In this document: one piece after another, positions 16,846 through 24,123 of the stretch
Numbering within the stretch: the first letter of the stretch is position 1
Layout of the letters: the number at the start of each line of letters is the position of its first letter
Assembly: GCA_016840095.1 (NCBI GenBank)
Contig: JAEOSZ010000078.1
Coordinates: 1-25,061, forward strand
Source: Candidatus Heimdallarchaeota archaeon
GTDB lineage: Archaea; Asgardarchaeota; Heimdallarchaeia; Heimdallarchaeales; Heimdallarchaeaceae
DNA length: 25,061 nucleotides
Reading direction: 5' to 3'
Notes under the pieces: model-generated
What the model was told of the DNA's origin: nothing
The model's input: only the letters and a program-made list of their open reading frames with translations
Database searches by the model: none
Program-made: the position numbers and the translations under genes

Positions 16846-17856
16846 TTACTTTGATTTAGAACTTGGATATGTGCCTATTGGCATAAGAACTCTTTTTACA
16901 CTTGCAAAAATACCATGATCAGAATTTTGAACACTTTCAGGTGTTAGTTGAATTTCTCCGAGAGCTACTAATTCGTGTTTAAGTGTAAAAATACCTGCCA
17001 ATTCTCCCTTAATGAATTTTTCAGAGTATTTCGATACACCTGGTATTGCTAGAGGTGCACCATGACATAGTGAGTCTACTGTACTATCTTTAACAAATAT
17101 CTTTGGTAGATGTTTAACTCCATATTCCATTGGCAAAATGATATTTCTCAAAGGAATTTCGTCTTTTTCTTCAAGATACCACATGTATGCGTCAAAAAGA
17201 TCTTGTAGTGTTGAAAGATAATCTTCTTCTGTGAATGGTCCTGATCTTATCCTTCGTAATTCCTTCATATGAGCTCCACAGGAAAGGCTTTGGCCAATAT
17301 CATGAGTATACTTCCTGATATAGGTTCCTGCTTGACAACTTACTCTAAACAAAACCTCCCTTTCTTTAATCTGGATAATTTCATTTTCATATATCTTTCT
17401 GGTTCTTAAAACTCGTTTAACACTAGATCTTAGAGGTGGTCGTTGATAAATTTCCCCGAGATATTCCTTCATTATATCTCTTATTTTTTCCTCTTCAACA
17501 TCTTTATGCAACATCATATTACATACATACTCTTTTCCTGCAAGAAGCAGCGTATCTAAGATTCTAGTTGCTTTGCTTAGTGCAATAGGTAAAACACCTG
17601 TAACTTGAGGATCCAGAGTACCTGAATGACCTGCACGAGGGAGATCTAGTATTTTCTTAACATAACTGACAACTTCATGGCTTGTAGGTTTAGGTGGTTT
17701 ATCTAAATTGATTATTCCATATTGAAGTAATTCTTCAATTGATCTAGCAATTGGATCTTTACCCCATCTAAAGTCTGTTGTATCACTTGACATTTCTATA
17801 AATTTATCTGATTCATTGTCTAAAACAATCTTAAGGGGGGAAAAAATTATCGTCAT
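16846..17856 (-). CDS. cbf5: H/ACA RNA-guided pseudouridine synthase Cbf5 (TruB family, PUA domain)
   Basis: LDKPPKPTSHEV, GHSGTLDPQVTG, YQRPP, CQAGTYIRK, CHGAPL. Confidence 0.97.
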   Translation of the reverse strand: MTIIFSPLKIVLDNESDKFIEMSSDTTDFRWGKDPIARSIEELLQYGIINLDKPPKPTSHEVVSYVKKILDLPRAGHSGTLDPQVTGVLPIALSKATRILDTLLLAGKEYVCNMMLHKDVEEEKIRDIMKEYLGEIYQRPPLRSSVKRVLRTRKIYENEIIQIKEREVLFRVSCQAGTYIRKYTHDIGQSLSCGAHMKELRRIRSGPFTEEDYLSTLQDLFDAYMWYLEEKDEIPLRNIILPMEYGVKHLPKIFVKDSTVDSLCHGAPLAIPGVSKYSEKFIKGELAGIFTLKHELVALGEIQLTPESVQNSDHGIFASVKRVLMPIGTYPSSKSK

Positions 17857-17908
17857 GTTACATCAGCTATTGAAAAAATGGAGATATAAAGGTTGAGGAA
17901 AAATAGGA

Positions 17909-18184
17909 TTAAGGAATAATAACTTCTTCCATAAATTTCTTCAATTTTGCAGTTTCAATGGCTGCAGCTACTTCTTCATCTGTTGCATCTCTTTTGATGG
18001 AAACAACTTTATCTGTTGGTTCTAAATGTCTTATATTACATTTACGTCGACGAACTGAAGTTACTGATTTTGGACCAGTAAGGAGAACATAATTTGGGTT
18101 AATAACATCTACTATGATTCCTTTTCTTCCTGCTTCTCTTCCATTTGTCTTAACAATAACTCTTCCAATTTGAATTGCTGTCAT
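17909..18184 (-). CDS. rpl14e: 50S ribosomal protein eL14
   Basis: IGRVIVKTNGREAG, VRRRKCNIRHLEPT. Confidence 0.96.
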   Translation of the reverse strand: MTAIQIGRVIVKTNGREAGRKGIIVDVINPNYVLLTGPKSVTSVRRRKCNIRHLEPTDKVVSIKRDATDEEVAAAIETAKLKKFMEEVIIP

Positions 18185-18190
18185 TATTTA

Positions 18191-18727
18191 TCACCTTTTA
18201 TTTTTTTTATTGTATGCTGTCAGAATTATTTCAACACATTCTGTGACATTGAATCTATCTGAATTAATAATCAGATCATATATAGTTAGGTCAGTTATAT
18301 CGATTTTATACAGTTTTTGATATCTGCCTTTTTCAGATTCTTCTCTTGTTTTGGTTTCTTTGATAATAATTTCGATCTGTTTGTTCTCTCTTTGAGATAT
18401 TCTTTGAACTCTCACATCAAACGGAGCTGTGATATATACAAGCATATCTGCTACATTTTTGAGCATCCATCCTCCAAGTTGTGCATCTATAACAATGTTA
18501 TCTCGGGTTTTACCCAACTCCAATGTTTTATTATCAATATATCTATCGATCTCTTCTTTGAGTTCAGCTTGTTTGCTGAATTCTTCAAGATTCATATCTT
18601 GTTTTTCTGCCATGTCTCTGAATAGTTCACCAGCTGATATGTATTCATATCCTAAAATCTCAGCAACATTTCTAGCTGCAGTGCTTTTACCTGAGCCATG
18701 AGGACCTGAAACTGCAATAATTGGCAA
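18191..18727 (-). CDS. cmk: cytidylate kinase (archaeal type)
   Basis: SGPHGSGKST, SAGELFRDMA, IDRYID, YDLIINS; canonical position between eL34 and eL14. Confidence 0.92.
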   Translation of the reverse strand: MPIIAVSGPHGSGKSTAARNVAEILGYEYISAGELFRDMAEKQDMNLEEFSKQAELKEEIDRYIDNKTLELGKTRDNIVIDAQLGGWMLKNVADMLVYITAPFDVRVQRISQRENKQIEIIIKETKTREESEKGRYQKLYKIDITDLTIYDLIINSDRFNVTECVEIILTAYNKKNKR

Positions 18728-18744
18728 TTTCCCACATCCTCGAA

Positions 18745-19002
18745 TCAACTACGAACTTCAGCCTTAATTGCACTCTTCAAACAATTAGAGCACAAATGTC
18801 CTGCATGTTGTCTTGTTGGTAATCGCTCAGATTTAGACATTTTCTTTACTCTGTTTCGACTGCCAAAAGCTACACCATGTAGAATAGCTCTACAATTAGA
18901 GCAATGTGGCTTTTTAGTTCTTTTTTCAATTCTTCTTAGTTTAGTTTCAGATGGTGTTCTTCTCTTTCTTGTTTTTGCGACACGTAATGAAGGTCTAACC
19001 AT
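18745..19002 (-). CDS. rpl34e: 50S ribosomal protein eL34
   Basis: RRTPS, CSNC, SKSERLPTR, GHLCSNC. Confidence 0.93.
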   Translation of the reverse strand: MVRPSLRVAKTRKRRTPSETKLRRIEKRTKKPHCSNCRAILHGVAFGSRNRVKKMSKSERLPTRQHAGHLCSNCLKSAIKAEVRS

Positions 19003-19023
19003 TTTAAATCATCTTCCTAATAT

Positions 19024-19719
19024 TTATTTCTTGGTTGTAGTTCTTTTCTTGGCTAATTGTTCTTTAGCAGTTGAAACTGGTGTTTTAATCTGTTTTTCCT
19101 TAACTGTTGTTGCTTTTGACTTAGCAGCTCCCGATGGAGTCACTCCAAAAATTCTTGAAATTATTGAACCAAATGCAAAGGCAGTAATGAAATACCAGGT
19201 TGAGAAGGGAACCTTAGAGAAGATATGATTACCATATGATTCAGATCCAAACCAAGGATTACTTCCTATAAATGGAAAACCACCCAAATTAAATGGTAAC
19301 CAAGCATAGTAATGTGATACTGGATTTGTTTCAGAAACAGGACCACTTGGGAAAGCACCTCGGAGAATTGCGAAGATCAGTAAGAATGGAATTGTTGTAA
19401 AGAGCATTGGCTTCATTCTTTTAAACATCATAGAGGATTGCATTTTCTTGATTCTTTCTTCGTCCCTTTTTACGCTTAACCATAATTTCTTATCTGCAGT
19501 TTGCATGGCTTTCTTTCTTCTTTGGTTCCACTCATTGACTTTTTGCATACTGTCTTTTAATGCATCAACATCTGAAACCAATCGGGTTATTGTTGTCGAT
19601 ATAATAGCTAGTAAAACGGAGACTACAGCAATAACCCAAGCTGAGGTGGGTCTTTGGTTAAGTCCCTTTTCTATCATCCAGTTAGTTAATCCTTTAAACC
19701 AATTATCCCAGAAGGCCAT
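19024..19719 (-). CDS. DUF106 / EMC3-TMCO1-Get1 (Oxa1 superfamily) membrane protein
   Basis: TM1, coiled coil, MKPMLFTTIP, TM2, WYF TM3; canonical position before eL34. Confidence 0.9.
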   Translation of the reverse strand: MAFWDNWFKGLTNWMIEKGLNQRPTSAWVIAVVSVLLAIISTTITRLVSDVDALKDSMQKVNEWNQRRKKAMQTADKKLWLSVKRDEERIKKMQSSMMFKRMKPMLFTTIPFLLIFAILRGAFPSGPVSETNPVSHYYAWLPFNLGGFPFIGSNPWFGSESYGNHIFSKVPFSTWYFITAFAFGSIISRIFGVTPSGAAKSKATTVKEKQIKTPVSTAKEQLAKKRTTTKK

Positions 19720-19764
19720 AATTAAAACCACATTCTGTACTTAATAACATCAAAAATTATTTTC

Positions 19765-19779
19765 TTTTTAAAAGCTTTT
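19765..19779 (-). promoter_or_regulatory. BRE/TATA promoter for DUF106-rpl34e-cmk-rpl14e
   Basis: Minus strand AAAAGCTTTTAAAAA about 45 nt upstream of the start. Confidence 0.6.
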
Positions 19780-19817
19780 GTAACTGGAGTATACTAAAAA
19801 GGATGATTTTGTGAAAA

Positions 19818-20537
19818 TTACTTGTTTTGCAGTAAAAGAAAGAAATTGTCATCACCACCCTTCCCTCCCAATTCAACAAAATCAATAATTGAATAGTTGG
19901 TTGCATCAATAATCTTCAACAATTCTCTCTTACTGAAAAGATGATAATACCTTTCAGCAATAAGTTCTCGCTTTTCATTGTACCAAGGAAGATAAATATC
20001 TCCGTGTCTCCAGAATCTGTTTTGTTTCTTCTTATTCCGGTATTGAATAAGATCTAAGAACATCTGTTTTCTGGTTCCTTTTTTCCATTTTTTCCAGCAC
20101 GATAGAATTAGAAAACTATCTTTCTTCAAAATTTCAGAAATATTACTGAGTACACGTAATACTTCTTCTTTATCTCTAAAATGATGAATTGTGGCAATAC
20201 ATAGGGTTAGGTCTACTGTATTGTTCTTTAAAGGAATGGAACTTGCATTATTATTTAGAAGAAAAAGTGTGTTGTTGACCAAAGTGATACTAGCTTTCAA
20301 TAGCTCAAATGATATATCGGATGCAATATGCTGCCAGTTTTGTGATTCGAAAAGTGAGAGGTTTCTTGCATTTCCGCTCCCTACATCAAGCAATATCCCT
20401 GTTTTCGGTAATGAAAAGCGTTTTCTTATGGATTCTAAATATTCTTGAAAATCTTTCCAAGGTTTTTTCTTTAAATTGCTATACCTAGGAGAAATTTTCC
20501 TATATGCTTCAATTAATTCAAAATCCATTTCCGACAA
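19818..20537 (-). CDS. class I SAM methyltransferase, Trm9/ALKBH8-like
   Basis: YRKISPRYS...PW, LLDVGSGN, IATIHH, DIYLPW...RYYHLF..EL resemble the Trm9 family. Confidence 0.7.
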   Translation of the reverse strand: MSEMDFELIEAYRKISPRYSNLKKKPWKDFQEYLESIRKRFSLPKTGILLDVGSGNARNLSLFESQNWQHIASDISFELLKASITLVNNTLFLLNNNASSIPLKNNTVDLTLCIATIHHFRDKEEVLRVLSNISEILKKDSFLILSCWKKWKKGTRKQMFLDLIQYRNKKKQNRFWRHGDIYLPWYNEKRELIAERYYHLFSKRELLKIIDATNYSIIDFVELGGKGGDDNFFLLLQNK

Positions 20538-20671
20538 TATGTGAAAACTAAAACACTATACTTTATCAAGTTTCTTTTTCCTTCACTCCAATAAGCCAAA
20601 TGAGAAATTTTATATATTTACTTCTCTTTACTCAAAATGAGGGAATCAATTATCTGACTTTAGGTGGAAAA

Positions 20672-21622
20672 ATGGAAAAACTAAATGTAGGTGTGATTGG
20701 CACTGGTAGTTGGGGTAAGAATCATGCTCGTGTCTTCACTGAAATGGGCAATACAACACTTGCCGGAGTATTTGATCTAGATCAAAAAAAGGCAAATGAA
20801 ATAAGTAAATTATACAATACTAAACTATATTCTAGCATTGATGAAATGCTTAAGGATGAAGAAGTACAAGCAATAACAATAGCATCACCAACTTCAACAC
20901 ATGCAAAAATTGCAATGCAAGCTATAGAAAATGGAAAACATGTACTAATAGAAAAACCAATGACAAGTACTGTTGAAGAGGCAGAACAGATAGTTGATTT
21001 GGAAAAAAGTTCAAACGTTGTAGTATCTGTAGGTTTCATAGAACGATTTAATCCTATAGTTTCCAGGTCAAGAACTTTAATAGAAAACGACGAATTAGGA
21101 GAACTTGTTTTAATCAGCGCAAGAAGACTTGGTCCCTATTGGCCTGACAGATTGAAGGATGTAGATGTGATCCGAGATGTGAGTATTCATGATATAGATG
21201 CTTTTAGATATATTGTTAATAAAGAACCTAAGTCAGTTTATGCGAGAGGAGGTAAGTTAAGGCACACTTATCTGGATTATGCAGAAATTTTGCTAGATTT
21301 CGGAAATGGAGTAACTGGTTTTATTGAATCTAATTATCTAACACCTCACAAGTTGAGAAAACTAATGCTAACATGTGAAAAAGGTATAGTTGAAGCAGAT
21401 TACATGTCTCAAGATTATGTAATTGAGGATGAAGAATGGGTACGAACAAAAAAGCTTCAATGGAAAGAACCTCTAAGTGCTGAGATGAATGCCTTTGCAG
21501 AAGCTTGTTTGGGGAATGCTCCTCCTGTTGTAACTTCATTAGATGGTTTGAAAGCACTGAAAATTGCTTTGGCTTCAATTAAAAGTGTAGAAGCACATCA
21601 AATTATAGATTTGAGTTTTTAA
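20672..21622 (+). CDS. Gfo/Idh/MocA oxidoreductase (UDP-GlcNAc 3-dehydrogenase-like)
   Basis: VGVIGTGSWG, HVLIEKP, VGFIERFNP, DVSIHDID; ATG 20672 after AGGTGG (track gives 20600). Confidence 0.88.
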   Translation: MEKLNVGVIGTGSWGKNHARVFTEMGNTTLAGVFDLDQKKANEISKLYNTKLYSSIDEMLKDEEVQAITIASPTSTHAKIAMQAIENGKHVLIEKPMTSTVEEAEQIVDLEKSSNVVVSVGFIERFNPIVSRSRTLIENDELGELVLISARRLGPYWPDRLKDVDVIRDVSIHDIDAFRYIVNKEPKSVYARGGKLRHTYLDYAEILLDFGNGVTGFIESNYLTPHKLRKLMLTCEKGIVEADYMSQDYVIEDEEWVRTKKLQWKEPLSAEMNAFAEACLGNAPPVVTSLDGLKALKIALASIKSVEAHQIIDLSF

Positions 21623-21663
21623 AATTAGTAAATAAAAGAATAAAAAGGGAAGGAGTTTAGGTT

Positions 21664-23121
21664 CTATTTTAAGCCTAAGAATCCTGCCAATGCTGGAACA
21701 GTTTCACTTACTTGTTCGCTTGCAAATATCTCATAGTATTGTCGGAGAATTCCTGTTGTTAGTAGAATACCCGTTCCAGTACCTAATGCTCCTAAGAAAT
21801 CCGCAAAAGCTGCTAGGACACCTATAAAGAATCCACCTAACCATGCTGCGGTAGGAATATATCTCTGAAGATATCTTTCAACAATCCTTGGATTTCTTCT
21901 AAATCCAGGTATTTGCATATTTGCATCAAGTAACTGTTTCGCTACATTCTTCGAACTCATACCTGCCGTATCTATCCAGATCCGTGAAAATATTCCACAG
22001 AGCGCAATCATCAACACAAGGTAGATTATTGCATTTACTGGATACTGCGCTATTTGCTCAGGACCATACGGCGCCGTAGTATACGACGCCAGACCCGTTA
22101 CAGGAGCGAGTTGCTGATTCCCCGTACCTCCTGATATATCCTCCCACGTACCAAAGAATCTAACTAAGAAATATTTTATTCCTGACGCAGCACCCTTCCA
22201 ATTATTCCACATTAAATTAGAAATGAAATAAATGTTAGCAAATAAAGCACTAACTAGAATTACTGGAATATTTGAGGTATAAAGGAATTTTATTGGATAT
22301 CTAGCTGGCATTTTATATTGACTGTGTTGAACTGGAATTTCAATCTTAATTGAATCAACGTATATTACCACCGCAAATACTACGATCGTAGCCATCAAAC
22401 CAATCAAATCAGGAGTTCTTCCTACTCTGCTGAATGGTACTGCTACAGACGCTTCGTCGTTGAAAATTCCTTGGAATAACGCTAGAATACATCCTCTAAA
22501 GTAAACAAATCCTCCTGAAGGTTCAGGGCTAAGACTAAACATTCCGTCGAATATGTTAAATGATACACTCGCCGCAATAAACAAACTGATACCGCTTCCC
22601 AGGCCGTAACCTTTCTGTATTATTTCATCCATTAAGAGAATGATAAAACCCGCCACCAGTAATTGGACTAATATAAGCATAGATGCCTCAAATCCAATAT
22701 CCTCTCCGTAAGCTCCTCCTAAGATGTAAGCAAGGGCTTCAAAAATGGTCATTAATACAGCTAGAATCTTTTGAGTTCCTGTGTATAATGCTCTTTCTTC
22801 AGGATTCGAGAAATCAACCTTAATGATTTGTGATCCTACGAGCAGCTGCATAATAAGACCTGCTGTAACTATGGGTCCTATCCCCAGTTCAGCTAGACTT
22901 CCCCTTTGAGAAGCTAGAATTGCCCTCATAGCAAAGAATGGATCGGTACCTTCATCTTTAGGTACTCCTACCAGAGGTATATTTAACATCACTAAGTACA
23001 GGGCTAAAATTCCGAAAGTCCAAGCTATCTTCCTTTTGAAAGATAACTTCCTTGCAGGTTTTTTTACCTCAAAGGTAAAACGTTGAAATGGTTTGAATAG
23101 TAGTAGGAATTTTGACGTCAT
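21664..23121 (-). CDS. secY: preprotein translocase SecY/Sec61-alpha
   Basis: ELGIGPIVTAG, GLGSGISLFIA, YPIKFLYTSNIP, IPGFRR, GTGILL; multiple TM segments. Confidence 0.98.
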   Translation of the reverse strand: MTSKFLLLFKPFQRFTFEVKKPARKLSFKRKIAWTFGILALYLVMLNIPLVGVPKDEGTDPFFAMRAILASQRGSLAELGIGPIVTAGLIMQLLVGSQIIKVDFSNPEERALYTGTQKILAVLMTIFEALAYILGGAYGEDIGFEASMLILVQLLVAGFIILLMDEIIQKGYGLGSGISLFIAASVSFNIFDGMFSLSPEPSGGFVYFRGCILALFQGIFNDEASVAVPFSRVGRTPDLIGLMATIVVFAVVIYVDSIKIEIPVQHSQYKMPARYPIKFLYTSNIPVILVSALFANIYFISNLMWNNWKGAASGIKYFLVRFFGTWEDISGGTGNQQLAPVTGLASYTTAPYGPEQIAQYPVNAIIYLVLMIALCGIFSRIWIDTAGMSSKNVAKQLLDANMQIPGFRRNPRIVERYLQRYIPTAAWLGGFFIGVLAAFADFLGALGTGTGILLTTGILRQYYEIFASEQVSETVPALAGFLGLK

Positions 23122-23162
23122 TGAAACCACCGGTTCGATTTCAAACTCAAAGAAGATGTTTC

Positions 23163-23178
23163 ATTTATGAGTTTTTTT
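23163..23178 (-). promoter_or_regulatory. putative BRE/TATA promoter of secY
   Basis: Minus strand AAAAAAACTCATAAAT about 45 nt upstream of the ATG. Confidence 0.45.
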
Positions 23179-23313
23179 ATGTATGTGTGTGAGAAAATGA
23201 TATGAAAATAAGCACATAAGGGGTTATGCTTTGAATATACATTAGTTTCAGCATAAATTATCTTATCTTTGTAAAAATCTACTCGTTGAGTAAAACATCA
23301 ATAAAGAAGAAAA

Positions 23314-23328
23314 AGAAACATTTTAAAA
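23314..23328 (+). promoter_or_regulatory. BRE/TATA promoter of tRNA-Ser
   Basis: AGAAACATTTTAAAA about 40 nt upstream of the tRNA. Confidence 0.6.
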
Positions 23329-23368
23329 CAAAACAAGTGTAGGAAGAACGTAAGCTATTCTTACAATT

Positions 23369-23452
23369 GCCAGGATACTCAAGCGGTATGAGGCTAGATT
23401 GGAAATCTAGTGCCTATTCGGTTCCGGGGTTCAAATCCCCGTCCTGGCTCCA
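23369..23452 (+). tRNA. tRNA-Ser(GGA), CCA encoded, U73 discriminator
   Basis: Acceptor GCCAGGA/TCCTGGC; anticodon arm CTAGA-TTGGAAA-TCTAG; 14-nt variable region; T arm CGGGG-TTCAAAT-CCCCG; T + CCA. Confidence 0.93.
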
Positions 23453-23493
23453 TATCCTATTTTGAATCAACATTACTGGTTTTTGTCTTTGAA

Positions 23494-23510
23494 GCAAATA
23501 CTTAAAAAAA
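23494..23510 (+). promoter_or_regulatory. BRE/TATA promoter of the rps13 operon
   Basis: GCAAATACTTAAAAAAA after T-rich tracts that follow the tRNA. Confidence 0.5.
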
Positions 23511-23532
23511 TCATTTACGCTCTCAAGCTAAA

Positions 23533-23641
23533 GTCATTTGTGCAATTTAGAAAATGTTGGAAAGCACAAGGCGAAGCTCAATGGATAAAATCCTTGTTCT
23601 GAACTTTCAGAAATAAAGAGCACCACAACTTCGGGTTGTGG
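23533..23641 (+). promoter_or_regulatory. candidate structured 5' leader RNA of rps13-rps4
   Basis: Several stems, including CCACAAC-TTCGG-GTTGTGG (see findings). Confidence 0.5.
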
Positions 23642-23669
23642 AATAGAAAAAACACAAAAGAGTGAAAAT

Positions 23670-24113
23670 ATGTCATTTCGCCATTTAGTTAGGATAAAGT
23701 CTACAGATCTTGAAGGAAATATGCCTGTTTCTATGGGTCTTTCAAGAATAACTGGAGTTAATACTCGATTAGCTCAAGCAATTACAAAAATACTGAACAT
23801 TCCTACATCAGAACGTATTGGTTTTCTTACTGATGCTAAAATAAAGGAAATAGAAACTGTTATTGGTGATCCGGTTGCTGCTGGAATACCAGAGTGGTTG
23901 GTTAATCGAAGGAAAGATCGTCAAACAGGTGATAATATACACATCACTGAAGCACAGCTGATCTTGCAGACTAAGCAGGATATTGAAAGATATATCCGAA
24001 TACGAAGTCGTAGAGGAATAAGACATCAATTTAAGCTTAAAGTAAGGGGTCAAAGAACCCGAACTCATGGTAAGAGGGGAACCACCGTTGGTGTTTCCAA
24101 GAGGAGAAGGTAG
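23670..24113 (+). CDS. rps13: 30S ribosomal protein uS13
   Basis: FRHLVRI, IPEWLVNRRKD, RGIRH, LKVRGQRTRT. Confidence 0.97.
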   Translation: MSFRHLVRIKSTDLEGNMPVSMGLSRITGVNTRLAQAITKILNIPTSERIGFLTDAKIKEIETVIGDPVAAGIPEWLVNRRKDRQTGDNIHITEAQLILQTKQDIERYIRIRSRRGIRHQFKLKVRGQRTRTHGKRGTTVGVSKRRR

Positions 24114-24123
24114 GGTGGAATAA

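Noticed and set aside
16187-23265. 10-bp inverted match TAAGATAATT (16187) / AATTATCTTA (23256) near the inversion ends, as recombination sites
   Set aside because: Short and 90% AT, does not extend, no recombinase nearby; compatible with chance.
23209-23292. Short stems in the secY/tRNA-Ser spacer (TTATGCT/AGCATAA, TACTC/GAGTA)
   Set aside because: They lie between two outward-facing promoters and form no coherent fold; not enough support.
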